The notes under the pieces: generated by a model
What the model saw: only the letters and a program-made list of their open reading frames with translations
Databases searched by the model: none
Told to the model about the DNA's origin: nothing
From: the human T2T-CHM13v2.0 reference genome, Homo sapiens
Reading direction: 5' to 3' (one strand)
Assembly: GCF_009914755.1 (NCBI RefSeq)
Contig: NC_060934.1
Length of the DNA: 64,000 nucleotides
Shown here: piece by piece, positions 49,281-64,000 of the stretch
Position numbering within the stretch: position 1 is the stretch's first letter
How the letters are laid out: every line of letters starts with the position of its first letter
Made by a program: the position numbers and the translations under genes

Positions 49281-49323
49281 CCTCTATTTTGTACACTTTA
49301 TCATTAAAGGATTTGAAATGAAT
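49221..49323 (+). other. Candidate non-coding 5' UTR exon
   Basis: Acceptor gctttttatgcag| and consensus donor aat|gtaagt. Confidence 0.4.
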
Positions 49324-49574
49324 GTAAGTTAATCCTTGAAGGATGAAACCAGAAAACATTTGTCGTGGTGGCGGAAAGGGACGGATGCACTTGGGCGAAG
49401 TAATGCTGACATCCACTTCCTAGCATTGTTAGGAGGGATAAATGAATTAAATATGTAAAGTCCTTAAATATTTGCTTGCTAATACGAGTATTCATTGCGT
49501 GTGACTATTTTTGTATTTATGTGAACTTCATCGGAGCATTTGTCAGGTTCTTTTTTTTTGCACCAAGTGAGCGT

Positions 49575-49660
49575 TGCCTGCCTGCCTGCCTGCCTCCCTC
49601 CCTCCCTCCCTCCCTTCCTTCCCCTCTTCCCTTCCTCCCTCCCTCCCTCCCTCCCTCCCT
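49575..49660. repeat. (CCTG)n/(CCCT)n low-complexity repeat
   Basis: Direct read. Confidence 0.9.
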
Positions 49661-49749
49661 CACACTTTTTTGGGGAGAGAGGACACAATGCAATCCATAA
49701 CAGCATATACACTTGTTCTTTTTTCCATCGAACTTTCCTCTTGACCATG

Positions 49750-50100
49750 TTTTCTTCTAGTAATACTGTATTTCTTTACTCCCTTTTATAGTAAAATTTC
49801 TCTACAGTGCTTATATTCAATTCATTGTTCCTACTTCCTCTCTTTTGAACGGTAAGTCAGATATTTACCTCGATCATTCTACTGAAATTGTTGCCGTTCT
49901 TCAGGTTACAAATGACCTACCTCCATGTTGCCAAATCCAGTGTCACCTTAGTCTTCATTTTACTTGATTCAGCATTTGACGTAGTTCATCACTCGGTCCT
50001 TGGTGATATTTTCTTTTCCTTGCTTTCTATGTATATATAACCTTTTGGTTTTACTTATTGGCTCATTGGCCACTCTTCTTACGTCCTGTTTCCTGGTCCT
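49750..50100 (+). mobile_element. L2 fragment
   Basis: 'aatgacctacctccatgttgccaaatccagtg...ttcagcatttgac'. Confidence 0.7.
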
Positions 50101-50302
50101 GATGGTTTTGAGGGAATTTTTGATGTTTGCTTGGACCTGAAGGTTTTGATGGAGTTTCTTTGGCAATGTAATTTATTCAGAATTCTTTTGAGGCTTTTCA
50201 ATTTTGTAAATTTAATCTTGGTTTCTGCATCATTTTGCTTGTATCATTAATTTTTACTGAAAGCATCGTGTCACAATCGGCATGAGAAAAATGTAAAAGG
50301 GA

Positions 50303-50592
50303 GCAGGGCGCACAGTGGCTCAGGCGTGTAATCCCAGCACTTTGGGAGGCTGAGGTGGGAGGATCACCTGAGGTCAGAAGTTCGAGACCAGCTTGGCCAA
50401 CGTGGTGAAACCCTGTCACTATTAAAAATACAAAAATTAGCCGGACGTGGCAGTGGGCACCTGTAATCCCAGCTACTTGGGAGGCTGAGGCAGGAGAATC
50501 GCTTGAACCTGGGAGGCAAAGTTTGCAGTGAGCAAGATTGTGCCATTGTACTCCAGCCTGGGCGACAAGAGCGAAACTCTGTCTCAAAAAAA
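50303..50592 (+). mobile_element. AluS
   Basis: Alu dimer; TSD gaaaaatgtaaaaggga. Confidence 0.9.
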
Positions 50593-51869
50593 CGAAAAAT
50601 GTAAAAGGGAATATTTTGCAGGGGCTTTGGTTCAAGTTCTATAATGTGTTTATTTACTATTATCATCAGTAATTTCCAAGAGAGCATTGTGTCCTTCCTT
50701 CAAATCGATTTTTAGTGACAAGTTATTTTTGCAAAGTCATATTTGATTATGATTTAAAAATTATGCTTGGCAACTATGCATTCAGTTAACTATAGTGTTA
50801 ACTATAGTGTTTCATCGAAACAAAAAAGCAGTTGTATAATTCTTGGATGAAATAAACATTTTCAGTGCTATTAAGATATTTTCGTTCTATTGTTCACAAC
50901 CTAGTTTAGAATTTTTATTTTTGAGAATTTTCTGTTTGTGCTTGTCAGACATATTTAAGGGCATGTATCCCTGGCCCCATATATATTATATATTTTTAAT
51001 TTTAATTTTTTATGAGTAGTCTCTTAAACATATATATGATTCTTTTCCAGCGGGGTGTCATCTACTTGTTAAAATCCTAATAAATGTTCACATATTGAAA
51101 TATCTGCATTTTGGAAATCCATAATTACATCAACAATTGTTATCTGCTGTCCATATGTCCAAAATAATTGAGAAATTATTAGTTTTTAAAACTTTATTCA
51201 AAGTGGTTTTATTTATAACATCTGTAAGTTTTATTATTTGTTTTTATATTTTATTCTCTAAAATAGTATGTTATACTATTTGGTATTGATATTTATGTTT
51301 TGCATAAATGTGCTAACAGGATACCATCAACTTTTGCCATGGTTTCTGGCAAATAAAAAAAATCCTATCATTGGTCTCTTCATATATATCGGATGATCTT
51401 CTGAACATTAGATACTGCTTCTCCAAAAATTGAATCATGTTTATTGTTATTAACAAATATATAGGCCTTTATTTTCTCATTTTCAGTAGAATTGCTAATT
51501 ATTTATATTTTTTTCAAACCTGATACTAGCTTTTAATACTTATCACTATTGATGTGTATTTTATTAATGTTCAGGAATATGTGATAAATGCTGCTGATCT
51601 TTGCATTATTTTTTATTCTTCAGCTGGATTATTCCTCCACTGATTTTATTCTTTGCATCAGTTTTTATTCTTCAGCAGTATTATTTTGTGATTACTCGTG
51701 TTGTTTTATCTGTTATATTTTTCATTTTTTAATATCTTCACTTGGGTCTTAAAAATTCCTCTTATACCTGTTTCATATGGCTGATATTCTCTTTCTGTGT
51801 GTTTATGTATTTTTAGTCTCTCTGTTTTAATGATTCTACAACTAAAACATGTTTTTTAGTTTATTATTT

Positions 51870-52169
51870 TTATATTTATTTATTTATTTGAGATGGAGTC
51901 TTACTCCATCCCCCAGGCTGGAGTGCAGTGGTGCAGTCTCTGCTCACTGCAACCTCTACCTCCGAGTTCAAGCGATTCTCCTGCCTCAGCCTCCCGAGTA
52001 GCTGAGACTACAGGTGCCCACCACCACGCCTGGATAATTTTTTGTATTTTTAATAGAGACAGGGTTTTACCATATTGGCCAGGCTGGTCTCGAACTCCTG
52101 ACCTTGGGATCCACCCGCCTCTGCCTCCCAAAGTACTGGGATTACAGGCGTGAGCCAATGCGCCTGGCC
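51870..52169 (-). mobile_element. AluS
   Basis: Antisense Alu dimer. Confidence 0.9.
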
Positions 52170-52367
52170 TATTTTTTATTTTTTAATGGTTTTTTTTTCC
52201 GTTGTCAAGTTGTTTTGGCCTGTGAGCTCATATACCCCTGGGGGTGTCCCCTGTTTGTCTGGTAATCTATTATTAGGAAATGATCAAAAGCCAGTTCTCA
52301 GCCTGTGTTCCTCCTGGAAGTTAGGGAAAGTATGTGGGTGTATTTGTTTTCGAAGTGCTAAATATTT

Positions 52368-52735
52368 CCTGTGGTCTGAATGCTTGTGTCATCCCCAAAT
52401 TCGCATGTTGAAATTGGGACCCAATTCAACATATGGTAGAATTAGGAGGTGGGGCCTTTAGGAGGTGATTAGGTTATGAGTGCAGCACCCTCATAAATGG
52501 GACTACTGCCCTTATAAAAGAGGTCTGAAAAAGCTCCCTTGCTCCTTCCATCATGTGAGGACACAGAGAGTAGGCAACATTTATTTAGCGTCTGGGCTTT
52601 CATCAGACACCAACTCTGCTGGTGCCTTGTCGTTGGACTTTCCAATCTCCAGAACTGTGAGAAATAAATGTTTCTTGTTTATAAGCTATGCAATTTATAG
52701 TGTTTTGTTATAGCAGCCTCAACAGACTAAGACAC
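52368..52735 (+). mobile_element. MLT1A/B-like MaLR LTR
   Basis: 'tgtggtctgaatg...ccagaactgtgagaaataaatg...cagactaagaca'. Confidence 0.8.
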
Positions 52736-52737
52736 TA

Positions 52738-53148
52738 GTGCTGCTGTAACAAAGTACCACAAAGTGGGTGGCTTAGAACAACAGAAATTTATTCTTTCAT
52801 GGTTCTGGAGGCCAGAAAACTGAAATCAAGGTTTCAGCAAAACCATGTTCCCTGCTAAGGGCTCTAGGGAAGAATCTTTCATTGGTTTTTACAAGCTTCT
52901 GGTGGTTGCTAGCAATCCTTGATATTCCTTAGCTTGCAGCTGCATCACTTTAATTTCTGCCTGTCGCTATATGGTCTTCTTATAGTGACACCAGTAATTG
53001 GATTTAGGACCCACCTTAATTCAGTATGACCACATCTTAACTTTGTCATATCTGCAAAGACCCTATTTTCAAGTAAGGTCACATTCAAAGTGCTGGGGGC
53101 TTAGGACTTGAACATATCTTTTTCAGGGACACAGTTCAACACATAACA
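52738..53148 (-). mobile_element. MLT1C-like MaLR LTR
   Basis: 'gctgctgtaacaaagtaccacaaagtgggtggctta...gggacacagttcaacacataaca'. Confidence 0.8.
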
Positions 53149-54302
53149 ATGGGACAAGCCAAAGTGTAGAGAGCTTCAGATAACAGAGTACCAGTGTTAC
53201 ATTACTCTATCTTAATTTTGCCATTGTACCTGACAATTCCCACGGTTAGGCATATACTCTTAACACTATTTGGGAGGTGGCATTGTCCTGAGTCTTAGCT
53301 TTGAGGGGAGAGAAAAATAGAGGAATAAAAGCCCAAGACCTATCTAGTTTATACTTCCTTATCTTAGCATAGCTTTGATGCTGCCTTAATATTACACTAA
53401 TGATACCTTGGGCCAAGGCTACTGCTCCTGTGGGAATAAAGATGTATATTAAGGACATATATTAGCTCAAATATGGGGGAAAGATAGGAAGAAAATGTAA
53501 TTTTTCTTTTTCCTGAATGTATTCTCTCGTTGCTTCTGGCTTCTTCAGTCCGTATATTCCCATTCTAAATGCCCCATAAACAAATGAGCCTTTGTTTAGG
53601 GGTTTCTTAAGTTAAAAAATTTTTTGTTCTTGTTGTTTTCTGTTGTTAGGAATATTTTCCTTTCTATTTTTCATTTTTTCAGAGTTGATTTTGGGATTTG
53701 CCATCTTCATAGCAATTGATAATCCTTTTATCATTTTAAATCTGAAATGTTTTCATCTACAACCCTCCTTACTTACAGGAAATGCTATAAGTCCTATAGG
53801 TAAAATAATCCAACATTTTCCTTATGGAGAGCAAAGGGTATAGAAAAGAAGCAAGATTTGTAGCCAATTTGACCTATGTTGTAATTCTGAAAAATTTAAC
53901 ACTTACTAGCTGTGTGACTCTTGGTTAGTCACTTAACTTGTCTGAGCTCAGTTTACTCTACTCCCATGTAAAATGGAATAATGATGTATATAAAGGGCAT
54001 ACCTTAGATTAAAAATTATGGAGCTTTTACTGTTATTATGCTTAAGTTTAAATAACTTATTGATATAAATTAGATATTGTGATAACTGCATTCTATATTT
54101 CTTCGTTTTGTTTAAGTTACTGTGACTCAAAAAAGCCTGAAGTGTAATCATAGCTTCCAGAAGTTGCTTAATGTACTCTGAGCAAATTGCTAAAGCCATC
54201 AGAAAAAGAGAAATGTAGTATGTGAATTTAATTAGAGCCTGGTGTTTTCTCTGAATCTCTTATTTTTTTTCACAGGGAGGAATAAGTTTTTTTCATCTGT
54301 AA

Positions 54303-55439
<1,137 letters not shown>

Positions 55440-56003
55440 TGAAACTTTAGCTCTTGATGTGGGGAAAAAATTTCCTTTCTCTGAGTTTCTATTTTTTTCA
55501 CTGCAATCCAGAATTGAATTGTAAATGTACCAAATAACAATGAGGAAGAGCACAAATATAAAAAAATATATAGTACATCAAACTTGTACAGTACAAGTTT
55601 GTTGAAAGTTTGAGGGGTTAGGCCAGATAATTTTCTTTAAAAATTCATTGCTTTCTGGTCTCCATCTTTCTATTTCCCCTAACTCTCTTCAGAGGAGAAA
55701 GTCAAGGCAGACTTTGAGGAAAACTCTACTTAATGCTTCAACCACTCATGGACAGGCCCTCTCCGTTTTAAGATAGCTATCAACACAGAAATGGTAGAGT
55801 CATAGAGCATCTCTCTATTGCTAGGGAGTAGGGTTAAGGAATATTGCTTTCTCCTCATGATGACATGAAATTGGGTATGGGATGAAAAATTTAAGTTTAT
55901 GGCACTGGAAGAAATAAGTCTTACTGGTAAAAAGGTCCTGGCATAATTGATTAAATATTATTTACATTTAATATAATTAATTTTAAACTATTAAAGTATC
56001 TAA

Positions 56004-56300
<297 letters not shown>

Positions 56301-56339
56301 TGAATTTTTCCAAGAAGTTTGCAGAAAAGGAGTTCTACA

Positions 56340-56970
56340 TACCCATTAGGAATGACCAACATTTTAAAGATAGAGAATAATCACATTTTAGTAAAGATAT
56401 GGGGCCACAGGAACTCTCATACAGAGCTGGTGGGAACACAAATGGTACTGCTATGTTGAGAAACAGTTTGACAGCTGCTCACAAAGTTTAACATATACTT
56501 AAAAGATAACCACCAATTCCACTCTTAAGTGGTTATCCAAGATTAATGAACACATACATCCTCACAAAGTCTTGTATATAAATGTTTATAGAAGTTTCGT
56601 TCGTAACTGCCAGAATAGCTACTGAATCCAGCAACCCAAATATTTACTAACTGGTGAATGGATAAGCAAATTGTGGTATAGCATACAATGAAATACTCTT
56701 CACAATAAAGGGAACAAACTACTGACACATAGAACAATGTAGATGAATCTCAAAAACATTAGGATGTGGGGAAGCTAAATAAATAAGGCTACATATCATA
56801 TGATTCTATTTATATGAAATTCTGGGAAAGGGAAAACTGTAGTAAAGGACCAGTGTTTGTCTTGAGCTAAGGTAGGAGGGGAGAATTGACTGCAAAGGAG
56901 TACAGTGAAGCTTTTTGAAATGATGGAAATGTTTTATATTTTTATTGTGGTGGTGATTACCCAACTATTA
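56340..56970 (+). mobile_element. L1MC/L1ME 3' fragment
   Basis: 'ggaactctcatacagagctggtgggaa...gatgaatctcaaaaacatta'. Confidence 0.75.
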
Positions 56971-57087
56971 AAAGGACTATGTAATCACAATCCTTATCCT
57001 GCATGACCTTGTGGTTATTATGTTTTGAAGCCCTGCCAGGAATGAATCAAAGAACCAAAACTAAAATCTGAAATTGAAGTCCAATAG

Positions 57088-57295
57088 AAACTGGGATGAC
57101 TAGAGGTGGGAGGGAGGCGGGGTAAGGGTTGAAAAACTAGCTATCGGGTACTGTGCTCAGTACTTGGGTGACGGGATCATTGGTACCCCAAACCTCAGCA
57201 TCACGCAGTATATCCAGGTAACAAACCTGCACATGTACCCACTAAATCTAAAACAAAAGTTAAAAAAAAAACCACCAAAAAAATAAAATAAAATG
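57088..57295 (+). mobile_element. Short L1 3' end (L1PB/L1MA-like)
   Basis: 'gggttgaaaaactagctatcgggtac...aacaaacctgcacatgtaccc' plus A-rich tail. Confidence 0.8.
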
Positions 57296-57964
57296 AAATT
57301 AAGTTCACTTTCCTGTGGTCTCCAATACTGACAAAATTGAAGAAATCAGCCCTTCGGATACCCCCTTTATTTTACTGAATTTCTTTCCTCCAATGATCTT
57401 GTATTTTATTTCACATCAACCACTAATGGACAAAGTGATATCCTGTAGTCCTTACCATAACTGTTTCATAATTTGAATTTCAGTCATCCTAATCTGTGGC
57501 CACCACCTCCTGTCTTTCCCACTCAGTCTGTCCAATATTCTGTCTCCAAAAATCCTTTGATTTCACAGGGAAACATAATCCATTGGTCTTGCTGCCTTTT
57601 TAGTGTCCGAAATCCTCCTTGTGCCCTTACTTACCCAGCTTAAATAGCATGGTCCACTATTATCATCACTCCCTTTCACACGTACTTAACTCTCTTGCCC
57701 TGTTCTGCTTTATTGGTCTCATTTGGTTACATTATAAACTTGGTCAAATCAATTTCTATCTTCTCTGTATTTCTCTATCTTCTCTATATTTGTGGCACCT
57801 GAATGTGGGTGGAAGAAGTAGGCTAATAGTTTCTCTTTATATTTGTGATTAGTAACACTAATCTGTTCATTTTCCTCTCTGCTGGATGATTTAGTTTTTT
57901 TTCCCCGTCTCCTATATGATTATAGGTCTTTATTGTGACAAGAAGTATGTGAGCCTCTCAGCAT

Positions 57965-58296
57965 ATTTATTTATTTATTTATTTATTTATTTTATTTTAT
58001 TTTTATTTTTTTGAGACAGAGTCTCGCTGTGTCACCTAGGCTGGAGTGCAGTGGTGTGATCTTGGCTCACTGGAACTGCTGCCTCCTGGATTCAAGCGCT
58101 TTTCGTGCCTCAGCCACCCACGTAGCTGGGATTACCGGTGTGCAGCGCCTCGCCCAGCTAATTTTTTTGTCTTTTTAGTAGAGACGGGATTTTGCCATGC
58201 TGGCCAGGCTGGTCTTGAACTCCTGACCTCAAGTGATCCAACTGCCTCAGCCTCCCAAAGTGCTAGGATTACAGGTGTGAGCCACCGCGCCTGGCT
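57965..58296 (-). mobile_element. AluS with (TTTA)n tail
   Basis: Antisense Alu dimer. Confidence 0.9.
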
Positions 58297-58840
58297 CAGT
58301 ATCTTTAAATGTAATGCTCAGGGAATATATTCTTCATGGAGAACCACTCTATGAAAATCCTAACTGTATATAAGCCTGTAATATTTGTTTATCATGAGTC
58401 AATTCTCTGATTTACGAATCACTGCTTTACTAGAAGGGATTTGATCGTTATGACATTTAAGCTGTAACTATTTTTTCCTCAAAGTTGTGTATTGCCCATT
58501 AGGTGAGAGCAGAAGACTGCAGTTCATGGCAATTATACAGTTAGGTATCATAGGTAGTAGTCATTTTCTAACACCAAGAGATTTTTTTTTTTATGGTAAT
58601 GATTACCTTTTATTGGGCCACCCAGAAATTTCAGTACTATGAGGCTGGGATGCTGGATTTTCTGGAACTGTGTAGAGATGAATGAGAGGAGAGACATGGC
58701 TGGGTATATGTCACTGATGGGCCACTTCCCAAAGTGTACTTTCTTTCATATTTTTTCTTTGGGAGAATTTGCTAGTATGGCATTTGAAGCATGGCTTCTT
58801 GCTGTAAATGTTTGAAGGGACATAAATTACACAAAATTAA

Positions 58841-59074
<234 letters not shown>

Positions 59075-59544
59075 TGAATCTGCTATCCAGTCAGCCAACA
59101 TTAATCTAGATTCAGTGTCTTAAGAAATTATAAATGGCATTGGAAAGCATTATTTATTTATTTTTTATTCTTTTTTTTTAATCATCATCAAGGGTTTTTA
59201 CTATGCCCAAATGCAAAGATTATGCCACTGAACCACCACAAATAAGACATGAACTTTGAATTAATTCTTCAATAGTTGTGTGAATCTTAATGAATCTGCC
59301 ATATTCCCTCATTAAGAGCATGTAAGTAGTTACAAGGTAGTTAATAAATAGTAAGGTTGTGGCAATCAGCATCAAAGAGAGAATGATTGGCCATTACAGA
59401 GAATGACCACACAATCATGGTTTAGTACCATAAGCCTTATCAATTAGCTATGAGTAAAATGTAAGACTACAGTGGAATTGTTGCAATTGTCTTTTTTTTC
59501 ATATAATAGAATACACTTAATTTATTGCTTTTTCTGGCAATAGT

Positions 59545-61915
<2,371 letters not shown>

Positions 61916-61991
61916 TTTTGAGGCCCTCCACTTAGTTGCTTTTCTTCCCTAGGAGAGTTCTGAGTTAGGTGAAACTAACTCAGTTTAGTGT

Positions 61992-62062
61992 GAACCTCTA
62001 GAGAGCTCAAAAGTGGGAACCTCTAGAGAGCTCAAAAGTGGGAACCTCTAGAGAGCTCAAAA
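61992..62062. repeat. 25-bp tandem repeat, ~2.8 copies
   Basis: gaacctctagagagctcaaaagtgg x2 plus a 21-bp partial copy, all identical. Confidence 0.95.
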
Positions 62063-62317
62063 CAGTAACACAATTTCTTGGGAATATGTCTGCTATGCTC
62101 TCTCCAGAACCACTCAAAATGAGGGTTGCTGTTTTTAAGACTGCTACTGTGCTCAAGGAAGGGGTGGGGCAAGACCGAGTTAAAATACTACACAGTTCTC
62201 TTGTGGTGTTCAAGCCACATTTTATTGATGTGGCATTGCTTGGTTGCTTTAAATCTTTAACTGTTTTTCAGAGTTCTAACAAAATTGGAGCATAAGCCTT
62301 TGGACTTCCCTGCTGCA

Positions 62318-62354
<37 letters not shown>

Positions 62355-62379
62355 AGCACTCTTCAAATACCCTAATAGT

Positions 62380-63010
62380 TTTTTTCCTTGATACAAATTT
62401 ACAATTGACTTTGAATTTTATATGTATAGCATTTCAGTAGACCAAGAATAACCAAGTGAGTCCTGAAGAAAATGAACAAGGCCAAAGGACCTACCCTAAC
62501 AGATATCAAGATTCATTATGCAGCTATATCAATTATGATTATGTGCTTTTGGTGCAAGCCTGGATGAACTGATGAAATTGAACAAAGTCTCAGATATTGA
62601 CCCTTTTATATATGGAAAATTTTGTTGATGACAGAGCCAGCAGTATAATAAATGGCTTTGGGACAACTGGTTATTTATAAAGGAAAAAACTAATTTGATA
62701 TATGATCAAATATGATACTGATGATATAAGTATATGACCTGGAGCAAGAAACAATCACAAAACAAATACAAATCATAAAAGGCAATATTGATAAATTCAC
62801 CTATATTAAATTTATAAGCTCCGTATATAAATAATTCATAAAGAGAGGGGCAAGAGAAATTTCAAACAGGGGCAAAATTTGGATCATGTATACCTGACGT
62901 ATATGTGTATTTAATCACATGAAGGATTATCTAGATTATATAGATAATGTCTACTTATCAGTAAGTAAATGATTAAACAAATCATTACAAAATAAAAAGG
63001 CATTTCACAG
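62380..63010 (+). mobile_element. L1ME-like ORF2 fragment
   Basis: 'ggacctaccctaacagatatcaagattcattat', 'aaatggctttgggacaactggtta'. Confidence 0.65.
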
Positions 63011-63424
63011 TGGATCAGTTTTTATTTTTCACTCATTTTTATCAACAATGATCTAGATTTAGCAGTATCAGTAATTGATGCTGTGGGTTTCCTCAGTAAT
63101 TGAGAAAGGCACTGTTCTCGTTAAACTAGGAGTGGTTTAAATTATTGTAGAACTATGGCTACAATGAGTGGTTGAATTGATATACGCTAAAGTTTCCCAT
63201 CAGGTTCCAGTGCAGGAAGGGAAGTTTTGAGAACCCCGGAATCTTTCTTGACAGTGGAAAGAATTAGTTATTCCTAGGTATAATGTGCTTTAGTGGACAT
63301 TATTTTCTAAACACTTACGTAGCTGAAAATATTTTTCTTCTGACACAGACATTAATTTGCTTTGGTATATTTTCTGAAGGATCTCAGCACTTTTTGCGTA
63401 GATTTATGCTTTCTTATTTAGCTT

Positions 63425-63615
63425 AGTGATTCTCAGACTTTAGCATGCAAAGCAATCACCTGCAGGTCTAGTTACAACACAAATTGTTAGTCCCACTTCT
63501 AGAATTTCTGATTTAGTAGGGTAGCGTGGGGCCTGAGAATTTTCAGTACTAATAAGTATGCTTGTAGGTGGTGCTGATGCTGTTGCTGTGGCTCCTTACT
63601 TTTTGAACCACAGAT
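63425..63615. mobile_element. MER5-like hAT MITE
   Basis: 'agtgattctcagactttagcatgca...tctgatttagtagg...ggggcctgagaatttt'. Confidence 0.7.
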
Positions 63616-63833
63616 CTAGAGTTAGTGTTGCGGAAGATAAATTTAATTTATCTAGTTTAATTTTTGTTCAATCTTATGTTACTCCCTGAATGCACGTAGT
63701 AACATTTTACTTTAATAATGTAATTGAAAACTTTTACCCAATTTGATAGGGTGGGGTTTTTGTTTTTGTAGCAAATGTAATCACTTTAACATTAGATATT
63801 TAAATGGTAAATACTGATATTTTGAACTGTGTA

Positions 63834-64000
63834 TGGATGCTCCTCAACTTATGAGGGAGTTACATACTGATAAACCCATCATAAGTTGAATTTTTCATAT
63901 GGTGAAAGTGCATTTAATACACCTGACCTACCAAACATTGTAACTTAGCCTACCCTACCTTAAATGTGCTGAGAACACTGGACATTAGCCTGCAGTTGGG
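63834..64000 (+). mobile_element. MER47-like Tigger MITE (runs off the window)
   Basis: Homologous to 18753-18910. Confidence 0.75.

Noticed and set aside
50785-50811. 12-bp tandem repeat gttaactatagt; similar short duplications near 37000, 41315 and 60009
   Set aside because: Short slippage events are common and carry no further signal.
50620-51850. AT-rich stretch that may be an old L1 or DNA-transposon remnant
   Set aside because: I could not assign a family with confidence by eye.
61992-62062. Direct repeats with internal palindromes resembling a CRISPR array or polylinker (XbaI, SacI sites)
   Set aside because: The units are contiguous with no spacers, the context is eukaryotic, and there are no cas genes or other vector sequence.

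Overview
Primate (very probably human) genomic DNA, not microbial. About 48 kb of repeat-dense intergenic sequence (Alu, L1, L2, MIR, CR1, MaLR/ERVL/ERV1 LTR elements, Tigger1 and other DNA-transposon fossils) leads into a CpG-island promoter (~48.6-49.3 kb). The first three coding exons of a + strand gene that I recognise from its protein sequence as CCDC7 follow (54327-54605, 56028-56120, 58931-59014); the gene continues past the window. Nearly all other ORFs in the track are repeat-derived noise. I see no new protein-coding system. The most unusual features are structural. (1) The 3' LTR of an MST (MaLR) provirus is cut ~27 nt after its TATA box and fused to an antisense copy of the exact 5' ~390 nt of 28S rRNA. 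(2) A near-perfect 370-bp inverted duplication is templated into the middle of an Alu. (3) Several other local template-switch scars are present: a FLAM copied with its flank into an L2, an L1 micro-inversion beside a 22-bp palindrome, a 145-bp local copy inside a MER63-like element, and several short tandem duplications. Repeat subfamily names come from memory of consensus sequences, and repeat boundaries are approximate unless a TSD is cited.
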